IMG/VR virus record: IMGVR_UViG_3300008107_000043
Location: 1 to 64,000 of that record
Source: a virus
Taxonomy: Duplodnaviria; Caudoviricetes
Direction: 5' to 3' (one strand)
DNA: 64,000 nucleotides
Made by a program: the position numbers and the translations under genes. The notes beneath the pieces are model-generated. The model worked only from the letters and a program-made list of their open reading frames with translations, did not search any database and was not told the origin of the DNA. Below are positions 55,479 to 64,000 of the stretch, piece by piece. Within the stretch, counting starts at the first letter, position 1. Every line of letters begins with the position of its first letter.

Positions 55479-57728
55479 ATGCCTGCACCAGTACTTCAGT
55501 TTAAAAGAGGTAATGCAGGGGTAGCAGGAACCGTACCTGCACTCCGTCCAGGTGAGCCAGCAATTTCATTAAATAACTTTGACCTTTTTATTGGTATTGA
55601 TACCTCAGTAGCGAACAATAAATTCTTTGGTTCTCATCGTTATTGGGAAAGAGAAGATGGAACAAATTCTTCAAAGTTAAAACTTGTTTCTAATAACGGG
55701 TCGCAATCAATAAATTTAAGAGCTCCTACAGGACTTGGTGCAACTTTTACTTACACTTTTCCAGCAACTGGTGTTGGAAATAGTGGAAAAGTATTGACTA
55801 CAAATGAAAGTGGACAATTATCTTGGGTTGACTCAATAAATAGTCTTACAATTATTGATATTGTTGGGGGTATTGGAACTTTTTATAATGATGTTGGATT
55901 TACTTCAACTACAAATAATGTTCTCGGCAACGAAAATACTGGTGCTGTCCAGATTGATGGTGGTGTGGGTATTGCCAAGAACCTAACAGTTAAAGAAAAT
56001 TTTTATGTTGGTGGGAATTCTCAATTTGTTGGTAGTTTAGATATAAATGGAGATTTAGATGTAGCTGGTAATGTTTATATTGGCGGAACCACAGTTACTC
56101 TTCGTGGTACTGATGTTTATATTGAAAACAAAGACATTATTCTTGGATATACAACATCAATCACGCCAAATGATAATACTGCAAATCACGCAGGTGTTGC
56201 AATTGCATCAACTGTAGGAAGTCCATTAGTATCTTTTAGTGCCTCGGGAATCAATACTCTTCCCGATACTTATAAGCAAATGATGTGGTTCAAGAGTGGA
56301 ACTCTTGGATTCTCAACTGATGCATTTGGTTTTAACTATGGTGTAGCAATTGGAACCACAACGATGGCGGATGGAGTTCGCCTTGCTGTCGGTTCAGGTA
56401 TCACAATGTCTGATACCACGATCACTGCATCAAATTTTTATGGTACTTTTAATGGTACTACATCAACCGCAACTAGAGCGACAACTGTTGATACTACATC
56501 AACTTCAACAAACACTAACTATCACTTAGTCTTTACTGATAATGCAACAAGCACTAATAGTGCAACGATGCGTGTTGATGCTGGTATTTACTATAACCCA
56601 TCATCAAATTACTTGTTCTCTAGTCTATTTGTAGGTGATGTTGCTGCAGGAATCATTAAGGCAGCAGATACAACTACAGCAATGACGCTGGCAAATAGCA
56701 CAGGTAATGTGACATTTAATGGCGATATTCAAATTGGTGGTAATGATATTAAGGCATCTGATGGAACAACAGCACTTACACTTTCAACATCAACTGGAAA
56801 TGTTGCGTTCCAAGGCAAAGTTATTGCAAATAGTTATAGAAGTTCAATAAATGCAAGTGATACATTAACATTCTCTGATTTAGATGCAACTTTTGCAAGA
56901 AATCTAGTTGTTACTGGTATTACTACAACAGGAACATTTAAACTTTCTGGCACTTCTGGTATTGGTATTACTGGTATTTCAGCAAGTACATCTCTTGCAG
57001 AAAATAGTGATAATTATCTACCAACTCAAAAGGCAGTTAAGGCATATGTTGATGCTGTTGATGTAACTCTTGGACTGAATGCTGATAGTGGTGGTCCAAG
57101 CACAGTCAACACATCACAGACATTAACGATTAGTGGAACTGCGAGTGAAGTAGAAACATCCGTTTCTGGACAGACTGTTACAATTGGTCTTCCAAATGAT
57201 GTTGTTGTCGGAACTTCTTTGAGTGCTCCAACACTCAGAACTGGCACAATTCAATCATCAAACACTGGTGCCACGGCAATTACGATTGTTGCAAATGATG
57301 TTACCATCGCAGATGATTTAACAGTTCAAGGAAATCTTTATGTAAACGGAAATACAACTCAAGTTAATACTACTTCAATTACTGTAGAAGATCGTACTAT
57401 TGAACTTGGTGTTGTTGATGGTTCTGCTCCTTCTTCATCAACTACTTGGGACCTTGGAGTTTTCTTTAACTATTATACGGATGCAGCAAAGAAATCTGCA
57501 GTTGTCTGGGAGCATTCTGATTCAAGATTTAAGTTTGGTTCAGTAGTTACTGATGGAGGTGGATCTGGAAATAATAACCCACAACTCACAGTATCTACAT
57601 TTGCTCCAATTGAAGTTGGAGAACTCTGGATTAATAATTCTTGTACAGGTGGTTCTGCTCAGGTGATTGGATGTGTAGGTTCTGAACTGCAACTCCAAAA
57701 TATCACGATTGACGCTGGAACTTTCTAA
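55479..57728 (+). CDS. tail fibre-like protein
   Basis: LQFKRG...LRPGEP N-terminus; GAVQIDGGVGI; LPTQKAVKAYVD; ends IDAGTF. Confidence 0.75.
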   Translation: MPAPVLQFKRGNAGVAGTVPALRPGEPAISLNNFDLFIGIDTSVANNKFFGSHRYWEREDGTNSSKLKLVSNNGSQSINLRAPTGLGATFTYTFPATGVGNSGKVLTTNESGQLSWVDSINSLTIIDIVGGIGTFYNDVGFTSTTNNVLGNENTGAVQIDGGVGIAKNLTVKENFYVGGNSQFVGSLDINGDLDVAGNVYIGGTTVTLRGTDVYIENKDIILGYTTSITPNDNTANHAGVAIASTVGSPLVSFSASGINTLPDTYKQMMWFKSGTLGFSTDAFGFNYGVAIGTTTMADGVRLAVGSGITMSDTTITASNFYGTFNGTTSTATRATTVDTTSTSTNTNYHLVFTDNATSTNSATMRVDAGIYYNPSSNYLFSSLFVGDVAAGIIKAADTTTAMTLANSTGNVTFNGDIQIGGNDIKASDGTTALTLSTSTGNVAFQGKVIANSYRSSINASDTLTFSDLDATFARNLVVTGITTTGTFKLSGTSGIGITGISASTSLAENSDNYLPTQKAVKAYVDAVDVTLGLNADSGGPSTVNTSQTLTISGTASEVETSVSGQTVTIGLPNDVVVGTSLSAPTLRTGTIQSSNTGATAITIVANDVTIADDLTVQGNLYVNGNTTQVNTTSITVEDRTIELGVVDGSAPSSSTTWDLGVFFNYYTDAAKKSAVVWEHSDSRFKFGSVVTDGGGSGNNNPQLTVSTFAPIEVGELWINNSCTGGSAQVIGCVGSELQLQNITIDAGTF

Positions 57729-57746
57729 AGATTAATCACATATTCT

Positions 57747-57776
57747 AAATAGGAGGAGATAACTCCTCCTATTTTT
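57747..57776 (+). terminator. hairpin/terminator overlapping a CTAAATA late-promoter motif
   Basis: AAATAGGAGGAG-ATAA-CTCCTCCTATTT then TT. Confidence 0.7.
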
Positions 57777-57965
57777 ATGTCTGAAGATGATTTGAAATCA
57801 GTAATTGCAAAATATCAACAAAAATCATTTGAACTTTTTAATCAAAATATTGTATTGGAAACTCAAGTAGAAAAACTTAATATTACAGTAAGTGCTTTGA
57901 GTGCAGAACTTGAGAAATTAAAGAAACCAAAAAGAGGAACAAAGACAGAAGGAGAATTTGAATAA
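57777..57965 (+). CDS. small coiled-coil protein
   Basis: Heptad pattern; follows the fibre gene. Confidence 0.65.
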   Translation: MSEDDLKSVIAKYQQKSFELFNQNIVLETQVEKLNITVSALSAELEKLKKPKRGTKTEGEFE

Positions 57966-58727
57966 ATGGCACTTGCTCACTCACCCTCAATAGTTACATC
58001 AGGATTAGTTCTTTGTTTAGATGCAGCAAATACAAAGTCTTATCCTGGAACAGGTGAAACTTGGACTGATTTGAGTGGTCGTGGAAATAATGCAACAAGA
58101 ACAAATAATGGTGGATATGGTGGTCAAGTAACATATAATTCTTCTGGTTATTTTGATTTTAGTGTGAATAGTCCTGCATCTACTTCTGGTGCTGGTGCTG
58201 GTAATGGATTTACTATGTCAAGTATGATTATCCCATCAACTGGTAGTTTTACTTTAAGTGCTTTTATACGAAGAAATCTATCAGTAAAAGCAGCAGGAGA
58301 TAGAGAAACTATCTTTAGTAATACTGCTAGTGCTGATGGATGGAGATTTGGGGTATTTGATACTGGAGGCATATACTATCTTATTGGTGGTGCTGGTGGT
58401 TCTGGATATCAAGAAGGTGGTCTTGGCGGAAGCACTCTAACAAATGGAAATTGGCATATGATGACTGCTGTGTTTGACCGTGCTGCTGTTCTTGGTTCTT
58501 ATACAATATATGGTTATATTGATGGTGTTGCATCTGGGAGTGCAACTATTTCTGCCGGTGCTGGTGGTAATGTTGCATTTAGTACTCAAAATCCTGGAGT
58601 TGGTTATGGTGGATGTTGTGATGTTTTTGCAGGACAAATAGCAACTGTTTCTGCATACAACAGAGCCCTCACGGCATCAGAAATACGACAAAACTTCAAC
58701 GCCCTTCGTAGTCGTTTCTCAATTTAA
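57966..58727 (+). CDS. LamG / concanavalin-A-like lectin domain protein
   Basis: GLVLCLDAAN..SYPGTG..W.DLSG; YNRALTASEIRQNFNA. Confidence 0.85.
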   Translation: MALAHSPSIVTSGLVLCLDAANTKSYPGTGETWTDLSGRGNNATRTNNGGYGGQVTYNSSGYFDFSVNSPASTSGAGAGNGFTMSSMIIPSTGSFTLSAFIRRNLSVKAAGDRETIFSNTASADGWRFGVFDTGGIYYLIGGAGGSGYQEGGLGGSTLTNGNWHMMTAVFDRAAVLGSYTIYGYIDGVASGSATISAGAGGNVAFSTQNPGVGYGGCCDVFAGQIATVSAYNRALTASEIRQNFNALRSRFSI

Positions 58728-58761
58728 CATAAATACAAAAACGAAGAGGTATTGAGAGAGA

Positions 58762-59385
58762 ATGGGAGTACAATATAACACCCCTCGCACAACATTTGGA
58801 CTTGCTGGAAAGTTTTTTAACGGAAGTTGGAGAGCAACTATTGCTAATGGTAATATTGGAACTTTACCACTAACCACAGCAAACGACAGTAGTAATGTTA
58901 CTGGAACTACTGGACTACCATCAGCAAATCATAGATATGGAGTTAATTTGTGGACTTCCATAGCATTTGGTAATGATATTGGTAGTAATTATGGTTTTAT
59001 TGCTATTGGATATTTTTTACCACCATCTACAGGAACTTATACAATATATACTTCATCTGATGATTATAGTGGTGTTTGGATAGGAAATTTAGCACTACCA
59101 GAGGAAACAAGAACCTCTGCTAATGCAACATTAAATAATGGAATGAATTTGGGAAGTGGTGGTCAAGCAAACACTAAAAGGTCTGCAACTATATCTTTGA
59201 CTGGCAAAGTGATGTATCCAATCAGAATAGTAATGGAAGAAGCTGGTGGAGGAGACAATCTTACTTTTAGTTGGTCAGGTCCCGGAATAGCAGAGACAAC
59301 AGATTTATCAACACATTTTCGTACACCTATATCACCAAGTGGAGCACTAGCAGGAAATTACTTTTTTAGACCAAGCAATATCTAA
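58762..59385 (+). CDS. PA14/GLEYA carbohydrate-binding domain protein
   Basis: GYFLPP.TGTYTIYTSSDD, YPIRI...E.GGG..L.FSWSGP; ATAAATA at 58729-58735. Confidence 0.85.
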   Translation: MGVQYNTPRTTFGLAGKFFNGSWRATIANGNIGTLPLTTANDSSNVTGTTGLPSANHRYGVNLWTSIAFGNDIGSNYGFIAIGYFLPPSTGTYTIYTSSDDYSGVWIGNLALPEETRTSANATLNNGMNLGSGGQANTKRSATISLTGKVMYPIRIVMEEAGGGDNLTFSWSGPGIAETTDLSTHFRTPISPSGALAGNYFFRPSNI

Positions 59386-59402
59386 ATACTTCAAAAACCC
59401 AA

Positions 59403-59477
59403 ATGTACAGCAGAGCACTCACAGCGGCAGAAATCCAACAAAACTTCAATGCATTAAGAGGGAGGTTTGGAATCTAA
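59403..59477 (+). pseudogene. orphan C-terminal fragment of a LamG gene
   Basis: MYSRALTAAEIQQNFNALRGRFGI* matches the end of 57966-58727 (YNRALTASEIRQNFNALRSRFSI*). Confidence 0.75.
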
Positions 59478-60007
59478 TGGGTGTTTATTGTGGCATTACA
59501 ACTAGTTGGATTAACTTACAATCTGGACTTTTAGGAAAAAGATATGTTAATTATTATAATGATGTTGTTTCATTTTTTTCCACCGCAACATTGCACGGTG
59601 ATATCAACTTAACAACATCTATTAATAACTTTACTAGCAGTGCTGATTTAGACAGTTGGATGTGGTTAGGATATTTTCTTGCACCTACAACAGGAACTTA
59701 TACTTTTTATACCTCCTCTGATGATGCAAGTCATTTATGGATAGGTTCTAATGCATTAACTGGATATACTACTGCAAATTCAACTGTTAATAATGGAGGT
59801 CTTCACGGAGTTGTGGAGAAAAGTGGAACTACAACATTAACAGCGGGAGTTTATTATCCAATTAGAATAATGTTTGGGGAAAATGGTGGTGGTGATGTTA
59901 TGACAGTTTCATTCGCTGGACCAGGAATAACAAAAACTACCAATGGTTTGGGGTATTATTTTGGTGGTAGAGATATTTTATTTACAGATAAGAGAACTTT
60001 TACATAA
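59477..60007 (+). CDS. PA14/GLEYA carbohydrate-binding domain protein
   Basis: GYFLAPTTGTYTFYTSSDDAS.LWIG, NNGGLHG, YYPIRIMFGENGGG. Confidence 0.85.
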   Translation: MGVYCGITTSWINLQSGLLGKRYVNYYNDVVSFFSTATLHGDINLTTSINNFTSSADLDSWMWLGYFLAPTTGTYTFYTSSDDASHLWIGSNALTGYTTANSTVNNGGLHGVVEKSGTTTLTAGVYYPIRIMFGENGGGDVMTVSFAGPGITKTTNGLGYYFGGRDILFTDKRTFT

Positions 60008-60053
60008 TTAAATTTAACAAAATAACAACAAAATCTCGCTATGGTCTATAGGT

Positions 60054-60061
60054 TATAAATA
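60054..60061 (+). promoter_or_regulatory. late promoter TATAAATA
   Basis: Exact T4 late consensus upstream of 60120. Confidence 0.7.
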
Positions 60062-60119
60062 ATAAAAAACTCTTACATAAGAGTTTCTCTACGGTATATA
60101 CCATCAATGAGAGGATTGA

Positions 60120-61985
60120 ATGGCAGATCCAAATATTAGGATAAAAAGGTCAGCAGTTCCCGGTAAAGCACCGCAGGTAAGTGATTTGCCTTTGGGAGAA
60201 CTTGGCCTTAATACATATGATGCAGAGTTATATGCCCGTAGAGAAAGAGCAGGTATAGGCACCGATATTGTAAGACTTGGTGCTGGAGCAACAGTTACTA
60301 ATATTCTTTATGTCACACAAGATGGAAGCGACACCAATACAGGAAAAAAACTTGGAGACGCAAAACGAACAATTGGAGCAGCACTTACAACAGCAACAAC
60401 AGGAACAGTTATTAAAGTTAGTGCTGGATCTTATCTAGAAAATAATCCTCTCATTATTCCAGAGCAAGTTTCAATTGTTGGAGATAGTTTAAGAGAAGTA
60501 TCAGTATCTCCACAGAATGCAAATCAAGACTTGTTCTATGTTTCTAATGGAAATTATATTGCAGAGATGTCTTATACAGGCACTCTGAATTCTGGTAAGG
60601 CAATCTTTGCATTCAATCCAACTGAAGTAGGATATTTTAATCAGTCACCTTATATTCAGAACTGCACTAACTTTATTCCAAATAGTATTGGATTAAAGAT
60701 TGATGGTTCAAAGGCAATAGGACCATTAAAGTCAATGGTTCTGGATTCATATACGCAGTATAATCAAGGCGGTATTGGTTGCTCAATTACCAACGAAGGT
60801 TATGCACAGTTGGTTTCATTGTTTACCATCTGTAATGATACTGCAGTTTTTTGTGGTTCTGGGGCTGCTTGTGATTTAACCAACTCAAACTCATCGTTTG
60901 GAAATTATGCACTCGTTGCCGATGGAGTTGGTCCAAAAAAATATACAGGTATTGTTACAAGTTCTGCAGCAGCAAATGCAGATACTTTTGTTTTGGATTT
61001 AAATGTTCCAACATTCAGTGTAACCAACGCACTTTATAATAATACTACAGGTCTTACCACAATTACAGTAAACTCTAATCACAATTTTAATGTTGGAATG
61101 GGAGTTTCGATTGTTGGTCTTGCATTTACTTGCTCTTCTGGACCAGGAATTGTAACTTACCCATCAGGAAATAAAGGATATATTTTTGAAGTTGTAGGAA
61201 CTCCTTCTTCAACTTCTTTTGAGGTTTATGTTGGAGTTTCTACTCTCTCTCATACCTATCAATCTGGTGGAACTGCAAAAATAAATGTAGCAAGACCTTT
61301 TGATGGACAAGTGGTTTATTTTGAGGACTTATATTATACAGTTGGTGATATTACAGTTGGGTCTGGTGGAACTGGATATTCTGGAAATGCTGATGTGACA
61401 ATTGGTTCTCCTTCAACACCTTGGGGTATTCTTGCCACTGCTGTTGCTGAAGTTAGAAATGGTTCTGTTATTTCCGTTGAAATGGTTTCAAGTGGGAGAG
61501 GTTATGGTTCTACGCCACCTTTAGTATCTTTCAGTATGCCAAATGTTGGGGTTAATTCTGCAACAGGATCTGCAAATCTTGCTCCAACTTATTATGTTAT
61601 TCAAAGTTCTACACCAGTTTCTGCTGGAATATGTACGATTACACTAACTGATAATGTTCCTTATGCAGTTGGTGTAGGCACAACAGTTCCTTTCTTTAAA
61701 CAAAGTAGAGTATTAGCATCAGGTCATTCTCTTGAATATATTGGATCTGGAACAAACATTGCAACTGCACTTCCTCAAAATGGTGGTGTGCCAATTCAAA
61801 ATAATGAGACTAATTCTCGTAATGGTGGTCTTGTAGTATTCACATCTACTGACCAATCAGGAAACTTTAGAATTGGTGAGGGTGTTGCAATTAATCAACA
61901 AACAGGAACCATTAGTGGAACATTTTATTCCAAGAGTTTGTTTTCAACAATGACACCATTTATTTTAGCACTAGGGGGAGATTAA
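60120..61985 (+). CDS. virion structural / fibre protein with beta-helix-like domain
   Basis: IRIKRS...GEL.LNTYD; YV..DGSD.N.G...AKRTI; SPYIQNCT; TSTDQSGNFRIG. Confidence 0.75.
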   Translation: MADPNIRIKRSAVPGKAPQVSDLPLGELGLNTYDAELYARRERAGIGTDIVRLGAGATVTNILYVTQDGSDTNTGKKLGDAKRTIGAALTTATTGTVIKVSAGSYLENNPLIIPEQVSIVGDSLREVSVSPQNANQDLFYVSNGNYIAEMSYTGTLNSGKAIFAFNPTEVGYFNQSPYIQNCTNFIPNSIGLKIDGSKAIGPLKSMVLDSYTQYNQGGIGCSITNEGYAQLVSLFTICNDTAVFCGSGAACDLTNSNSSFGNYALVADGVGPKKYTGIVTSSAAANADTFVLDLNVPTFSVTNALYNNTTGLTTITVNSNHNFNVGMGVSIVGLAFTCSSGPGIVTYPSGNKGYIFEVVGTPSSTSFEVYVGVSTLSHTYQSGGTAKINVARPFDGQVVYFEDLYYTVGDITVGSGGTGYSGNADVTIGSPSTPWGILATAVAEVRNGSVISVEMVSSGRGYGSTPPLVSFSMPNVGVNSATGSANLAPTYYVIQSSTPVSAGICTITLTDNVPYAVGVGTTVPFFKQSRVLASGHSLEYIGSGTNIATALPQNGGVPIQNNETNSRNGGLVVFTSTDQSGNFRIGEGVAINQQTGTISGTFYSKSLFSTMTPFILALGGD

Positions 61986-61988
61986 GAA

Positions 61989-62318
61989 ATGGCTTTACCA
62001 TTAAATGTATTTCAAACTATTACTGCAGTTATATCCATAAGTCCAACAGAGGTTTATACGGCACCTGTCGGATATACGGGTGTTGTCCTTTTAGCACAAG
62101 TTGCAAATATTGGAGCAACTTCTGCGGATGTGACTTTAGTTCATCGTAGAAGTTCTACCGATACTGAATTGTTAAAAAATTATCCAATTTCGGCAACTGA
62201 TACTGCAAATCTTTTATCTGGAAAGTTAGTGCTTGAAAGTGGTGATAAATTAGTATTATCAGGTAGTAATGCAACTGACTTAAAATTTATCACAAGCATT
62301 TTAGAAACACTTAACTAA
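61989..62318 (+). CDS. small virion-associated protein
   Basis: VYTAP.GY..VVLLAQVAN, KLVLESGD, SILET. Confidence 0.65.
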   Translation: MALPLNVFQTITAVISISPTEVYTAPVGYTGVVLLAQVANIGATSADVTLVHRRSSTDTELLKNYPISATDTANLLSGKLVLESGDKLVLSGSNATDLKFITSILETLN

Positions 62319-62327
62319 TATAGAAAA

Positions 62328-64000
62328 ATGGCAAAGTACATCAGTAACCGTCAAAAAAATCTTAAGATTGGTATTAGTTCATATACCGAAAGTCAGACAG
62401 TACTTGAGGTTACTGGTAAAGTTGGAATTGGAACTACAAACGCAACACAAAAATTAGATATTGTAGGAAATATTAGAATTCGTGGTGGAATTTATGATAA
62501 GGACAATAATTCAGGTACAGATACTTATGTTCCAATTGCAGATGGTGTTGGAGGATGGAGTTGGCAACCAGTAACTTCTGCTGGAGCTGGTGTACTTGAT
62601 GGTATTACAATTAAAGAAGAAGGTTCAACAGTCGGAACTGCTGGAAGTGTTACATTTATTAACTTTGTTGGAGCAGGTGTAACAGCAACTGCAGCAGGTG
62701 CTGGAGCCACCATTACTTTTACTCAACAAGCTGGACCTCAGGGTATTCAGGGTTCTACAGGTAGTCAAGGTTCTGTTGGTGCTCAAGGATCAACAGGTTC
62801 TCAAGGATCAACAGGTGCTCAAGGTTCAACAGGTGCTCAAGGTTCAACAGGTAGTCAAGGTTCTACTGGAGCACAAGGTACATCAGGTATTCAAGGTGAT
62901 GTAGGTTCTCAAGGTTCTACTGGATCTCAAGGTGCATCAGGTTCTCAAGGTTCTACAGGTTCTCAAGGTTCTACAGGTAGTCAAGGTTCTGTTGGTGCTC
63001 AAGGTTCTACAGGTTCTCAAGGATCAACAGGTAGTCAAGGTTCTGTTGGTTCTCAAGGTACATTAGGTAGTCAAGGTTCTGTTGGTGCTCAAGGATCAAC
63101 AGGTTCTCAAGGTTCAGCAGGTGCTCAAGGTTCAACAGGTGCTCAAGGTTCAACAGGTTCTCAAGGTGCATCAGGTATTCAAGGTGATGTAGGTTCTCAA
63201 GGTTCTACTGGATCTCAAGGTGCATCAGGTGCTCAAGGTTCTACTGGAGCACAAGGTTCTACAGGTTCTCAAGGTTCTACAGGTTCTCAAGGTTCAACAG
63301 GTTCTCAAGGTTCAACAGGTGCTCAAGGTTCAACAGGTAGTCAAGGTTCTATAGGTAGTCAAGGTGTCCAGGGTACAACGGGACCAGTAGCAGGATCTGC
63401 AAATCAAATTGTTTATAAGGATGGTTCTAATAACCCTGCTGGATCTGTCAACTTAACTTTTGATGGTTCCAATCTTTATGTTGGTGGAAATATAACCATT
63501 GGTGGTACATCATCATATATTGTATCTAACGAACTTAGAATTAAGGATAAGGATCTTGTAGTTGGTATTGTTACAAATTCTCTTGGTAATGATACTTCTA
63601 CAGATACAACAGCAAATACTGGTGGTATTGCGATTGCTTCTACCGAAGGCAGTCCATTAGTTAGTTTAAGTTCTGCTGGAGAAGTAACACCAGATACCTA
63701 TAAGCAGTTAATGTGGTTTAAGTCTGGTTCCTTTACTGGTCTCAATACTGATGCTTGGATATTTAATTATGGTGTTGGTATTGGTTCTACACAAATTCCA
63801 TTAGGAGTTAGACTTGCTGCTGGAGGAATGCAAGTTACTGATACAACTTTAAGCATTCCACAATTGAATGTTTCTGGTGTTTCTACAATATCAGTTAATA
63901 GTTCAACTGATGCATTAAGAATTACTCAAGAAGGTTCTGGTAATGCATTAGTTGTAGAAGATAGTACAAATCCAGATTCAACTCCATTTGTAGTTACTGG
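62328..64000 (+). CDS. collagen-like tail fibre, runs off window end (not in ORF track)
   Basis: ATG 62328 MAKYISNRQKNLKIGISSY...VGIGTTN; no stop seen before 64000. Confidence 0.85.
   Translation, partial: MAKYISNRQKNLKIGISSYTESQTVLEVTGKVGIGTTNATQKLDIVGNIRIRGGIYDKDNNSGTDTYVPIADGVGGWSWQPVTSAGAGVLDGITIKEEGSTVGTAGSVTFINFVGAGVTATAAGAGATITFTQQAGPQGIQGSTGSQGSVGAQGSTGSQGSTGAQGSTGAQGSTGSQGSTGAQGTSGIQGDVGSQGSTGSQGASGSQGSTGSQGSTGSQGSVGAQGSTGSQGSTGSQGSVGSQGTLGSQGSVGAQGSTGSQGSAGAQGSTGAQGSTGSQGASGIQGDVGSQGSTGSQGASGAQGSTGAQGSTGSQGSTGSQGSTGSQGSTGAQGSTGSQGSIGSQGVQGTTGPVAGSANQIVYKDGSNNPAGSVNLTFDGSNLYVGGNITIGGTSSYIVSNELRIKDKDLVVGIVTNSLGNDTSTDTTANTGGIAIASTEGSPLVSLSSAGEVTPDTYKQLMWFKSGSFTGLNTDAWIFNYGVGIGSTQIPLGVRLAAGGMQVTDTTLSIPQLNVSGVSTISVNSSTDALRITQEGSGNALVVEDSTNPDSTPFVVT
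62733..63389 (+). repeat. collagen-like Gly-X-Y repeat, about 73 triplets
   Basis: GSQ/GST/GAQ units such as GGTTCTCAAGGTTCTACA. Confidence 0.9.

Noticed and set aside
62525-62904. Two short ORFs in the track (62525-62713, 62698-62904)
   Set aside because: Alternative-frame shadows of the collagen fibre gene starting at 62328

Overview
A 64-kb AT-rich segment of a T4-like cyanomyovirus, probably freshwater (gnd, cp12, phoH, speD, thyX, gp32/33/59, T4-type baseplate genes, TAAATA late promoters, sigma70-type early promoters). Order: metabolic and replication genes (1-9.1 kb); baseplate/tail morphogenesis (9.1-28.4 kb); two tRNAs and a Mom-like DNA-modification gene (28.9-30.2 kb); then a long accessory virion/tail-fibre region (30.3-64 kb). 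Best candidate for an undescribed system: a 1154-aa virion-type protein ending in four tandem Hint (intein-like) domains, mostly separated by extensin-like polyproline linkers. It faces a prolyl-4-hydroxylase-like 2OG-Fe(II) oxygenase and is followed by an island of glycosyltransferases, a sulfotransferase, a methyltransferase and three RCC1-like propeller paralogues. Also notable: a likely -1 programmed frameshift fusing gp26 and gp51 (lambda G/G-T-like), a candidate small RNA, a short-armed tRNA-Leu and a repeated intergenic motif. All calls come from motif recognition by eye; no database searches were run.
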